In this document: piece after piece, positions 40,997 through 49,524 of the stretch | Layout: each line of letters opens with the position of its first letter | Position numbering within the stretch: the first letter of the stretch is position 1 | Assembly: GCA_963754315.1 (NCBI GenBank) | Contig: CAVWFS010000019.1 | Coordinates: 512,001-576,000 of the forward strand | Reading direction: 5' to 3' | Length of the DNA: 64,000 nt | Source of the DNA: an uncultured Candidatus Rokubacteria bacterium | GTDB lineage: Bacteria; Methylomirabilota; Methylomirabilia; Rokubacteriales; CSP1-6 | Notes under the pieces: model-generated | Database searches by the model: none | The model's input: only the letters and a program-made list of their open reading frames with translations | What the model was told of the DNA's origin: nothing | Made by a program: the position numbers and the translations under genes

Positions 40997-41716
40997 TCAT
41001 GACGCCGTCCATCCCCACCGCTCGACGATCTCATCCACTGCCGCCCGCACCGAGGCACGGGCTTCACTGCGATCCATCCCCTTTGCGAGTAGCTCATCAT
41101 AGCGCGTGTACCGATGGCGAACATGTGCTCTGACCGCTAGTTCGATGGCATCTCGATCGAACTGGCGGGCGGCTGCTGAACGGCCAACGCGGCCCGAGTA
41201 CTTTCGGCAGGCGTGGTCGGCGATTGCCCGGCGCTCGACTGCAGGGCAGCCAGGAAACGAATCGCCCAATCGCTCGGCAAACTCACTGATGTACTGCTCG
41301 TCGATGTCCTCCCGACGCTCCGCTGCTCGCTCACGGGCTCGCTTGCGCACCTCCGCATCTGCCAAGCACTCTCGTTCCGCCTGCTCGAGGGCCGACTCCT
41401 CAACCAATACTCCCTGACGTTCGTATCGCTTTCGAGACCGACTGAACCTAACGACCACGGCACGGAGGGTTGAGTACTTGGTGGCTCGGCGGGTCAGAGC
41501 CGTATCACCGCGGACGAGGAAAACGAGACGGTCGAGGTCTGCGCAGGCAAGGCAGAGGGGCCGCTCCCCTTCCATTCGGAGAAGACGCCCCTTTGCCAGT
41601 TCACTGCCGCATTCCGCACATGCCGAATCACGGAGGATCCAGAACACGACAATGTCGCGGGGATCAGAACTGGCCCGACGGCCGTCCGCTCGACCTGAAG
41701 CTGGTGTGACCTTCAC
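40997..41716 (-). CDS. DUF2293-like protein with N-terminal CxxC..CxxC (cassette)
   Basis: C..C, C..C, GD.ALTRRA, KYSGRVGRS, AHVRH..T.YD.LL..G. Confidence 0.75.
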   Translation of the reverse strand: MKVTPASGRADGRRASSDPRDIVVFWILRDSACAECGSELAKGRLLRMEGERPLCLACADLDRLVFLVRGDTALTRRATKYSTLRAVVVRFSRSRKRYERQGVLVEESALEQAERECLADAEVRKRARERAAERREDIDEQYISEFAERLGDSFPGCPAVERRAIADHACRKYSGRVGRSAAARQFDRDAIELAVRAHVRHRYTRYDELLAKGMDRSEARASVRAAVDEIVERWGWTAS

Positions 41717-41738
41717 GTCCGCTCCATCTGCGATTGCC

Positions 41739-41800
41739 TTCTAACGTGATGTATCAGCCGCGGTGCGCCCTGCGCCGTCGGCTGGATGCGTTTGTTCGGC
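41739..41800 (-). other. attC site
   Basis: GCCGAAC-AAACGCATCCAGCCG...CGGCTGATACATCAC-GTTAGAA. Confidence 0.88.
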
Positions 41801-41832
41801 ATACCCGGAGACGGTGAGGAGGCGTTGGTCAT

Positions 41833-41906
41833 TCAGCGGATCACTCGGTCCGCCCGCTGAAGCAGCGACTGGGGGATCGTCAGCCCCAGCGTCTTGGCCG
41901 TCTTGA
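41833..41906 (-). CDS. 3' exon of the intron-split COG2984 ABC SBP
   Basis: Joined to the exon ending at 46639 it restores ...ELVIN-L-KTAKTLGLTIPQSLLQRADRVIR*. Confidence 0.88.
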
Positions 41907-42019
41907 GTAGGGTCGAGGACTGGCGCAAAGCTCCGTAGGCTCCCCTTGGCTGTATCCGCCGTTTCCAGCTTCGTGCCCGTTTAGGTTTGCCGTAAGCCGT
42001 TTCCAGCCCCCGCCACCTC

Positions 42020-42053
42020 AAACCCGGCGTGCCGATTTCCGGCACCGGGCTTT
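42020..42053 (-). ncRNA. Group II intron catalytic domain V
   Basis: AAAGCCCGGTGCCG-GAAA-TCGGCACGCCGGGTTT with AGC triad, GAAA loop and bulge. Confidence 0.88.
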
Positions 42054-42103
42054 CCTGGACGCTTCGTGTCATGGGTTATGAGACCTATCGCCTGGGAGCG
42101 CTT

Positions 42104-42880
42104 TCAGGCCCGGCTCAGGTACCGCACACGGTAGTCTGCGAACAACCCGAGCGTGGTGTGCAGCCAGGCCGTACTCCACCTCTTCCAGCCGAAGCCCCGA
42201 CGATTCCTCGCCCCCATCAAATGGCGTCGAACCCTTCGCTCGACCCACTGCCTCACGAAGGCAAAGCACCGAGTCGCGTGCCCGATCCGGAAGTAGTTGA
42301 CCCAGCCCCGCAGTTTCGGGTTGATCTCCGCGATCAACGCCGCCACCGGCTGGGACCGGGCGCGTCGGAACACCTCCTTGAGCTCCTGCAGCAACGCCGT
42401 GCGCTTCTTCACCTTTGGCGTGTAGTGCGGCCGCCAGCGCCCCCGCAGCGAGCGGACGCGCCGGAAGTCGAAGCCCAAGAATCCGAAGCTCTCCCCCGAC
42501 TCAGATCCACAATCCGGCTCTTCTCCTCGTTCAGCCGCACATCGAGTTTGGCCAGCTCCTCTCGGAGCCGTTGGGCCACCGCCTCCACCAGCCAGTCCTG
42601 CCGACGGTCGTTATTCACGAGGATCACCAGATCGTCGGCGTAGCGCGCGTACTCTACGTACGTGTGTGCGCCCTTGCGCGTGACCTCTTTGGCCCGTTCC
42701 AGCATCGCATCTACCTCGGTGAGGTAGATGTTACTGAGCAGGGGGGAAATCACGCCGCCCTGAGGAACCCCGCGCTTGCCGGCGGCTTTCAGCATCAGCT
42801 TCAGCAAGTGCAAGATGTCTCGGTCGGTCACCCGGCGCGCGACTTTGGCGAGCAGCAAATCGTGCCGCACGCTGTCGAAG
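42104..42880 (-). pseudogene. ltrA: Group II intron RT/maturase, C-terminal part (no endonuclease domain), frameshift near 42495
   Basis: FDSVRHD, GVPQGGVISPLLSNIYL, RYADD, FLGFDF, LRGW.NYF. Confidence 0.88.
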
Positions 42881-43385
42881 GAAACGGCCACACTCTACCC
42901 ACCTCGAAGGTTTCCCGCCGAGCGTCACGATCACCCGCCCACGCCATCCGTTCGAGGGTCAGGTCCTGGCCGTGCTCGGCTGGACGCACCGCCGTGATCA
43001 ACTGCATCTCGTCCTCGTCTTGCCCGATGGCAGCCGCTCGCTCGTCCCGGCCGCCTGGACCGACCTCAAGGACCCGGGCGCCGCAGTGACGGCGCCGCGG
43101 GCGCCCGCGATGCTCGCCGCGCTCGCCGATTTGCTCCAGGCGCGGCTGGTCGTCGATGCTCTTCTGCGTCGTCTCCCCAATTCCGGGGAGGCCCCGCCAC
43201 CAGCTGGCGCAGAGGAGGAGGGCCATCGTGCAATTGAGCCTGTCGCTTCTCGAGATCGCCGTCCCCGAAGCCCGCGTGTGGGAAGCTCTGACTCCGGACC
43301 AGCGTGCCGCCGTAATCGAGCTCCTCGGTCGCCTGGTCGCCAAAGCCGCCGTGGAGGCGCCGAGCGCCGCGGAGCGTCGCGATGA
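42881..43385 (+). CDS. Accessory ORF1 (DUF5372/Y4bD-like), start codon missing in the integrated state
   Basis: Open from the left junction: ...VTITRPRHPFEGQ.L.VL....LPDGSRSLVPAAWTDL. Confidence 0.65.
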
Positions 43386-43389
43386 GTGA
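43228..43389 (+). CDS. Accessory ORF2, small helical protein
   Basis: RBS GAGGAGGAGG, GTG start, VWEALTPDQRAAVIELLGRLV; overlaps the recombinase start. Confidence 0.6.
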   Translation: MQLSLSLLEIAVPEARVWEALTPDQRAAVIELLGRLVAKAAVEAPSAAERRDE

Positions 43390-45588
43390 CCCGAGCAAGG
43401 TCACGCCCAGTCATACGCATCGCGCCGCGGTGATCTATGTCCGGCAATCGAGCTCCGCGCAGGTCGAGCGCAATCGCGAGTCGACGGAGCGGCAGTATGC
43501 GCTCGTCCATCGCGCCGTCGACCTCGGCTGGCATCGTGAGCAGGTCACGATCATCGACGACGACTTGGGCCTCTCCGGCTCCGGCATCGTCAAGCGCGCG
43601 GGCTTCGCGCGGCTGGCCGCCGACGTCGCCCTGGCGCAGGTCGGCATCGTCTTGGGCCTCGAGGTCTCGCGGCTCGCGCGCAACAACGCCGACTGGTATC
43701 GCCTCCTCGATCTGTGCGGCATGACCGACACCCTGATCGGCGATGCCGATGGCGTGTACCACCCGGCCCTGTTCAACGACCGGTTGGTCCTCGGCCTCAA
43801 GGGCACGATGAGTGAAGCCGAGCTGCACATCCTCCGCGCCCGCCTCGACGGGGGCATCCGCAACAAAGCCGCTCGCGGCGAGTTGCGCCGCGGCTTGCCG
43901 GTCGGCTTCGTGTGGGGCGACCACGACGGCGAGGTCCGCTTCCATCCCGACCAAGCGGTGACCAGCGCCATCCGCGCCGCCTTCACCCGCTTCGCCGAAC
44001 TCGGCTCGGTGCGCCAAGTCTGGCTCTGGTTCCGCGCCGAAGGGCTGTCGTTCCCGTTGCAGACACACGGTGTCGAGGGCATCCGCTGGGTGGCGCCGAC
44101 GTACACCGCGCTTCACCATCTGCTCACCAATCCGGTATATGCTGGCGCCTACGTCTATGGTCGAACGCGCCGCGAGCGGTACGTCGCGCCGGATGGCACC
44201 ATCCAGCAGCGAAGCCGCCGGCTGCCGCGCGCCGAATGGGGCGTTCTCCTCCCCACCACCACGCAGGCTTCATCGACTGGGAGACGTACGACGCCAACCA
44301 GGCGCGCATCGATAGCAACGTCCATCCGCATCCCCACCTGCCGGGCGGCGCCGTGAGAGAAGGGGCCGCCCTGCTGCAAGGCCTCGCCACCTGCGGGCAC
44401 TGCGGTCGCCGGCTGCACACGCATTACAGCGGGCGCTCAGCCGCGCCGGGCTACCACTGCTCGGGCAAGGATCTCGTGGAGGGCCGCGGCGTCTACTGCC
44501 TCACCGTCGGCGGAATTCAGATCGACGAGGCCGTCACCACGGCCTTCCTCGCCGCCCTCACGCCGGCCGCCGTCGACGCCGCCCTCGTCGCCGCGCACCA
44601 ACTCGACGCCGATGATCAGACCGCTCTCGCGCAATGGCGGCTGGCGGTCGAGCGAGCGCGGTATGAAGCCGAACGCGCCGAGCGCCGGTATCGCACGGTC
44701 GAACCGGAAAATCGCCTGGTGGCGCGTGGGCTCGAAACCGAGTGGGAGCAACGCCTCCGGGATCTCGAACTCGCGCAGCGCGAGTTCGAGGCCCGCGAGC
44801 ATCAGCGGCGGCGCGCCCTTGGCCACATCGACGCCGATCGCCTCCGCGCCCTCGGCGAGGATCTCCGACGCGTCTGGACCGCTCCCACGACGACCGAGCG
44901 CGACAAGAAGGAGCTCCTGCGGGCCCTGCTGGAGGAGGTCGTGCTCGCCGTGGAACGCCACGAGCGCCGCGCGCACCTGACGCTGCGCTGGCGCGGGGGC
45001 ACCATCACCGAGCTTCACGTCAGCCTGCGCGCCAGTCCCCCTCGCATTCGAACCGACGAGGACAGCCTGGCGCTCATTCGCCGGCTCGCCCCGCACTACC
45101 CCGATGCCGTCATCGCCGGCATCCTCAATCGCCAAGGCAAACGCACCGCGCGCGGGGAACGCTTCACCGCGCTGCACGTCGGGTGTCTGCGTCGCTACCG
45201 CAACATCCCCAGGTGCGAGCCGGCGGCCGAGCGCACCGAGGGCGAACTGCTCACCATCAAGAAGGCCGCCGCGATCCTCGGTGTCGCGGCATCGACGCTC
45301 CACCGCTGGCTCACCGCCGGCATCATCGTCGGCGAACAGCTCACGCCCGCTGCCCCCTGGCGCATCCGCATGACCGACGAGCTGCGAGCGCGCTTCGTCG
45401 AAGACGCTCCTCCAGGCTACTTGCCGATGCTCGAAGCACGGCTGCGTCTCGGCGTGTCACGACAAACGGTGTTGCAGCGAGTAAAGCGCGGTGAGCTCGC
45501 CGCGGTCCACGTCCGCCGCGGACAGCGAAAAGGCTTGCGAATCAAGGTCGTGAGCGACCATCCCGACCTCTTTCACTCCACACCATGA
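43382..45588 (+). CDS. Large serine recombinase (resolvase + recombinase + Zn ribbon + C-terminal HTHs), frameshift near 44250
   Basis: YVRQS catalytic Ser, EVSRLAR, LTNP.YAG, CGHCG..YHC..YC, coiled coil, two C-terminal HTH-like motifs. Confidence 0.88.
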
Positions 45589-45615
45589 ATCGGAGGGCAA
45601 TATGTCGCCGCGTCC

Positions 45616-46127
45616 AAGTACGCCGCTAAATCAACGTCGATCACCCGCGTCTTGTTGCGCACGATGGCTTCGGCCACCCGGTCGACCGCCTGCTGGGCTG
45701 TCCGCTTCGGTCGGTACCCGTACGACCCGTCGTGAAAGTCCGCTTCGAAGATCGGCGCCACGATGAGGTTAAGCGCGCCTTGCACCACGCGGTCCCGAAT
45801 CGGCGGAATACCGAGGACGCGCACTCGTCCGTCGCCCTTGGGTATCTCGACGCGCCGGTTCCGCAGTGGCCGGTAGGTGTGGGAGACCAGTTCGTCCCGT
45901 AGTTGCGCCAGAAACGGTTCCACCCCGGCTCCCTCGATGGCCTCGAACGTCACGCCGTCAATCCCTGGCGCGCCGTCGTTCTGCTTGGCCGTCGCATACG
46001 CCGCGCGGAGCGTGTCCAGCTTGCCTACATGAACGTACAAGCCCCAAAACCGCCAGTCCTTCTCGGCCTTCGCCTTGACGTAGAGCCTCCGCCGCAGGTC
46101 TTGCAGACTGATGGGCGCTGTTGTCAT
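45616..46127 (-). pseudogene. ltrA: Group II intron RT/maturase, N-terminal part
   Basis: GAPGIDG, YRP...RVEIPK..G.R.LGIP..RDRVVQ, FEADF...SYGYRP.R, DVDLAAY. Confidence 0.9.
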
Positions 46128-46638
46128 CGCGCCCCTGCCTCCCCTATTGTCGGAGACGCTGCGCACCAGTAGGGCCCCTTCGCTCCACGGGCATTACCCC
46201 GCTTCCTCGCTACTGCGGGCCCCTCCGTCACCCTCTCGCCGCCCGCCCACTTCCCATCGCTGGTTATAGGGCGAACCTGGCTCCGCTGCTTTCGCAGTGG
46301 GGCGAGGAGGGCTTCTCCAGTCGCTCGACGTGTCCTGGTCACCGTGCCGTCGCTCTCACCCCGCCGGAGCGTCCCCTCGCGTCGGCCAGCTGCGAGGGGC
46401 CGTACTGCCTTCGCCTCTCAACCGTGAGGCTCGGCCTCCGGGGCTTTAGTCTTTCGGGGCCACCTGTGCGTTCACTTCCGTTACGGCCCGGGGACTCACT
46501 CACCATCCTTCCGATGGCTTGGTCGGTGGGCTTCAGAGTCTTGGTTTCCCGCCACCCTGCCACCCAAGTTACGGGGCTCTGGCTCTTACCCCGGCGGGAC
46601 TGACTCCCGCTGAACACGTCAGCTTTCTCTGGACGCAC

Positions 46639-47590
46639 GGTTGATGACCAGCTCGAACTTCGTCGGCTGTTCAACGGGCAGGTCCGCCGGCTTGGCACCT
46701 CTCAGAATCTTGTCCGCTTGGATAGCGCCTCGGCGGAAGAGATCCGAGAGGTTGGCCCCATAGGACATGAGGCCGCCCCCGTCGGCGGCCTCCCTGAATG
46801 CGAATATTGCTGGCAGCCGACTCTTCAGCGCGAGCTCGACGATCCGCTTATGCTCACCATAGAACATTGGGCTCGGCAACACGACGAGCGCGCGGGCACG
46901 CTCTCTCGTCATCGCGGAGAACGCTCGGTCGAAGTCGTTGGCACTCCGGGCCTCTAGCAGTTGAAGCTGCACGCCTAACTTCTGGCCCGCAGCCTCCGTC
47001 TCCTTCAACATTTCTGTCATCGTGCGATCGCCGTATGCCCCTGGATGCCAGAGCGCAGCCACACGCGACACTCCAGGGATGGCCTCCTTGAGAAGTTCTA
47101 TGCGTTTGGGGACCAAAGCTGGCCCGAGGAAGGTCGATCCCGTGATGTTCCCGCCGGGGTGCGCGAGGCTGGCGACCACCCCGTCGTCAACAGGATCGCC
47201 CATAGCCGGTGCAATGACAGGGATCGTGACATTTGCGTGCTTGGCCGCCCGGGCCATGGGCGTTCCTCCTAGAACCAAGATCAGATCCACCTTAAGGCGC
47301 GTCAACTCTGCGAAGAGATCCGGGAGCCGCTCGGCCTTGCCCTGTGCCGACCGATACTCGATGACGATGTGCTGCCCTTCCACGTAACCAAGTTCGCGTA
47401 GCCCTCGCCGGAATGCGTCCAAGAGGTCGCGCTGAGGATGCTCGGAGGAGAAGGTTGTTAACACACCTATCCGCCGGAGCGTCTGACCTTGCTGCGCCTC
47501 TACGACGAGCGGCGCGGCGAGAAGAACGAAGGCGAAAATCGCGTTCGTGAGTCGGACCTTCGCCGCTCTGGTTCGCTCCTTCGATGTCAC
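46639..47590 (-). CDS. COG2984 ABC SBP cassette, 5' exon
   Basis: GLRELGYVEG, SLAHPGGNITG, DLPVEQPTKFELVIN followed directly by intron GTGCG. Confidence 0.88.
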
Positions 47591-47609
47591 TTTGGCCCTG
47601 CGGCTGTGC

Positions 47610-47669
47610 GGCGAACGTCCAGGCTGAGCGGCCGGCGTCACGCCGGTCCGCTCAAGCCTGCTGTTATGC
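47610..47669 (-). other. attC site
   Basis: GCATAAC-AGCAGGCTTGAGCGG...CCGCTCAGCCTGGAC-GTTCGCC; extra base in the 5' arm fixes minus orientation. Confidence 0.92.
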
Positions 47670-47720
47670 TGCCCCGAAGCTGACCCGGCACATGGCTTCT
47701 GACGTCTCCGGAGCGCCCAC

Positions 47721-48692
47721 TCATTGGATGACCTCGTCTGCCCGCTCCAGGAGCGACGGCGGGATGGTCAGGCCCAACGCTTTGGCGGTCTTGAGATTGA
47801 TTGTCAGCTCGAACTTCGCGGGCTGCTCCACAGGGAGATCAGCGGGATTGGCGCCCTTCAAGATCTTGTCCACGTAGGCGGCGGCACGCCGCCACAGGTC
47901 GGGGGTGCTGGTATGGTAGGACATGAGAACGCCAGCGATATTCCTCGGCCCCATCGTGGGCAAGCGGCTCTTGACCACGAGGTCCGCCATCCGCGCCTGG
48001 TTAAGGCTGAACATTCCGTCCCCGAGGATGAGAACTGCGCCGGCGCGCTCTCTGATCATCGCCGAAAATGCGTTCGCAAAGTCCTCCGGTCCTCGCGCCT
48101 CCAGCGCGTGAAGCTGGATCTTCAACGATCGCGCCGCGCGGCTCGCCTCGCTCATCAAGAATTCGTGAGACGAGTTGCCAGGGTTCGCGAGGATCGCGAC
48201 GCGGGACACATGAGGGACCGCTGCCTTCAGCAGTTCCATCTGCTTTCCGGCCATCTCGGAGCCTACGCTGGCGGACAACCCAGTGATGTTTCCCCCCGGC
48301 CGCGAGAGCTTGGCCACGAGCCCACTCTCCACCGGATCCGTGATGCCGATCATGACGATCGGGACCGTCCGAGTGGCTTGCTGGGCAGCAAGCGCGTTCT
48401 GGTTGGCGGGCACGACGATCACATCAACCTTGGACCGGGCGATTTCGATCGCGAAGGCGGGCAGGCGCTCATACTTTCCCTCCGAGACTCGCCACTCGAT
48501 CGTGATGTTCTGTCCCTCGACATAGCCGAGATCTCGAAGTCCCCGGATGAAGACTGCCCAGAGGTCGGGTTCGCCGAATCGGTAATTTGCCAGAATACCG
48601 ATCCGGAAGACTTTTCCCGACTGCTGTGCGCCCACGGCGAGCGGCAAGGCGATCAGGCCGCTCAGTAGCGTAATGAACTGACGTCGGCTCAT
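47721..48692 (-). CDS. COG2984 ABC substrate-binding protein (cassette)
   Basis: MSRRQFI leader, GLRDLGYVEGQNI, RPGGNITG, DLPVEQP.KFEL.INLKTAKALGL. Confidence 0.9.
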   Translation of the reverse strand: MSRRQFITLLSGLIALPLAVGAQQSGKVFRIGILANYRFGEPDLWAVFIRGLRDLGYVEGQNITIEWRVSEGKYERLPAFAIEIARSKVDVIVVPANQNALAAQQATRTVPIVMIGITDPVESGLVAKLSRPGGNITGLSASVGSEMAGKQMELLKAAVPHVSRVAILANPGNSSHEFLMSEASRAARSLKIQLHALEARGPEDFANAFSAMIRERAGAVLILGDGMFSLNQARMADLVVKSRLPTMGPRNIAGVLMSYHTSTPDLWRRAAAYVDKILKGANPADLPVEQPAKFELTINLKTAKALGLTIPPSLLERADEVIQ

Positions 48693-48728
48693 CGACGTGT
48701 CCCGCTCTGCCTCACTCGGTCGTTGTCG

Positions 48729-48800
48729 GCATAACGCGCACGATGCCCTGCGGCGGCTGAGCAACGCGAGGCCGGCGACAGGTCGATCGTGATGTTCGAC
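48729..48800 (-). other. attC site
   Basis: GTCGAAC-ATCACGATCG...GCATCGTGCGC-GTTATGC. Confidence 0.88.
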
Positions 48801-48818
48801 GCCCGGAAACACCTCCAG

Positions 48819-49043
48819 CTACAGCAAGGCGATGAAGTCGTCACGCTCGATCTCGCAATCCCGGAGGATTGCGGCCATCAGGCCCGGGCCAATGGTCTCA
48901 CCTGAGTGGACAGGTACAACCGTTCGGCGACCGTCGGCGTGACGCAGAAAGTAATGGCTGCCCTTGACCCTGGCGACGTCGAATCCAGCCTTCCTCAAGG
49001 CAGCGACTACCTCTCTGCCAGTGATTCGCGGAAGGCGAGTCAC
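48819..49043 (-). CDS. hicA: HicA toxin
   Basis: GF...R.KGSH..L.H.DGR..VVP.H. Confidence 0.9.
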   Translation of the reverse strand: MTRLPRITGREVVAALRKAGFDVARVKGSHYFLRHADGRRTVVPVHSGETIGPGLMAAILRDCEIERDDFIALL

Positions 49044-49252
49044 GCGACAGTGATCTTCTGGACACCGATGAAGTCGAGTGGCTCGACGCCTTCCTCTTGG
49101 ACTTCAAGACAGAGCTCAACTGCCTCCCGCACCCTGGCCATCAACTCGTCAAGCGACGTCCCCTGCGTATGACAACCCCGTAGAGCGGGAACGGAAGCGA
49201 CGTAGTAGCCCTCGGCATCCCGCTCGATAATCACGCTGAACTCCCGTGCCAT
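49040..49252 (-). CDS. hicB: HicB antitoxin (short)
   Basis: IIERD..G.YVA.VP.L.GC.TQG..LDE. Confidence 0.9.
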   Translation of the reverse strand: MAREFSVIIERDAEGYYVASVPALRGCHTQGTSLDELMARVREAVELCLEVQEEGVEPLDFIGVQKITVA

Positions 49253-49305
49253 CGGCTGCCCTCCGGAGGCGATTCTACGCCACGGCTCGAAGCTGTGCTT
49301 GGTGC

Positions 49306-49340
49306 GGCGAGCTACTATTCGGTCCGTGAATACACTGACC
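49306..49340 (-). other. Candidate attI site (degenerate core GCTCGCC)
   Basis: Lies between the intI 3' end and hicB; G-CTCGCCGCAC mirrors the cassette start G-TTCGCCGCAC at 47616. Confidence 0.35.
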
Positions 49341-49524
49341 AGCGTAGCGTTCTAAACGCTGCAGCGAGGGTGCATGTAGCATCGGTCGCGCCTTCCAGTT
49401 CGCGTTTCGACAGTCCAGTGGTTCTGGCTACTTACGGGTTCTTCGCCCGCTCAGCCCGGTTGTGCTATCCAGCGAGGCGCCGCCGTGTAAGGCGTCGGAT
49501 ATCCTGGTCGGAACGGCTCGAATA

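Larger units (their letters stand above)
42881..45618 (+). mobile_element. Large-serine-recombinase element inserted in the intron RT gene
   Basis: Flanked by shared AAG (42878-42880 / 45616-45618); removal restores RT DLAAYFDSVRHD; ends form a symmetric attP-like site. Confidence 0.88.
41907..46638 (-). mobile_element. Group II intron with RT/maturase ORF
   Basis: 5' GTGCG, 3' ...GACCCTAC, domain V at 42020-42053, EBS1 GGTTGA complementary to exon TCAACC; precise removal restores the host ORF. Confidence 0.93.

Noticed and set aside
42104..46127. RT as a retron or DGR diversifying the SBP paralogues
   Set aside because: RT has group II motifs with domain V and splice boundaries; no TR/VR pair with adenine-specific differences seen.
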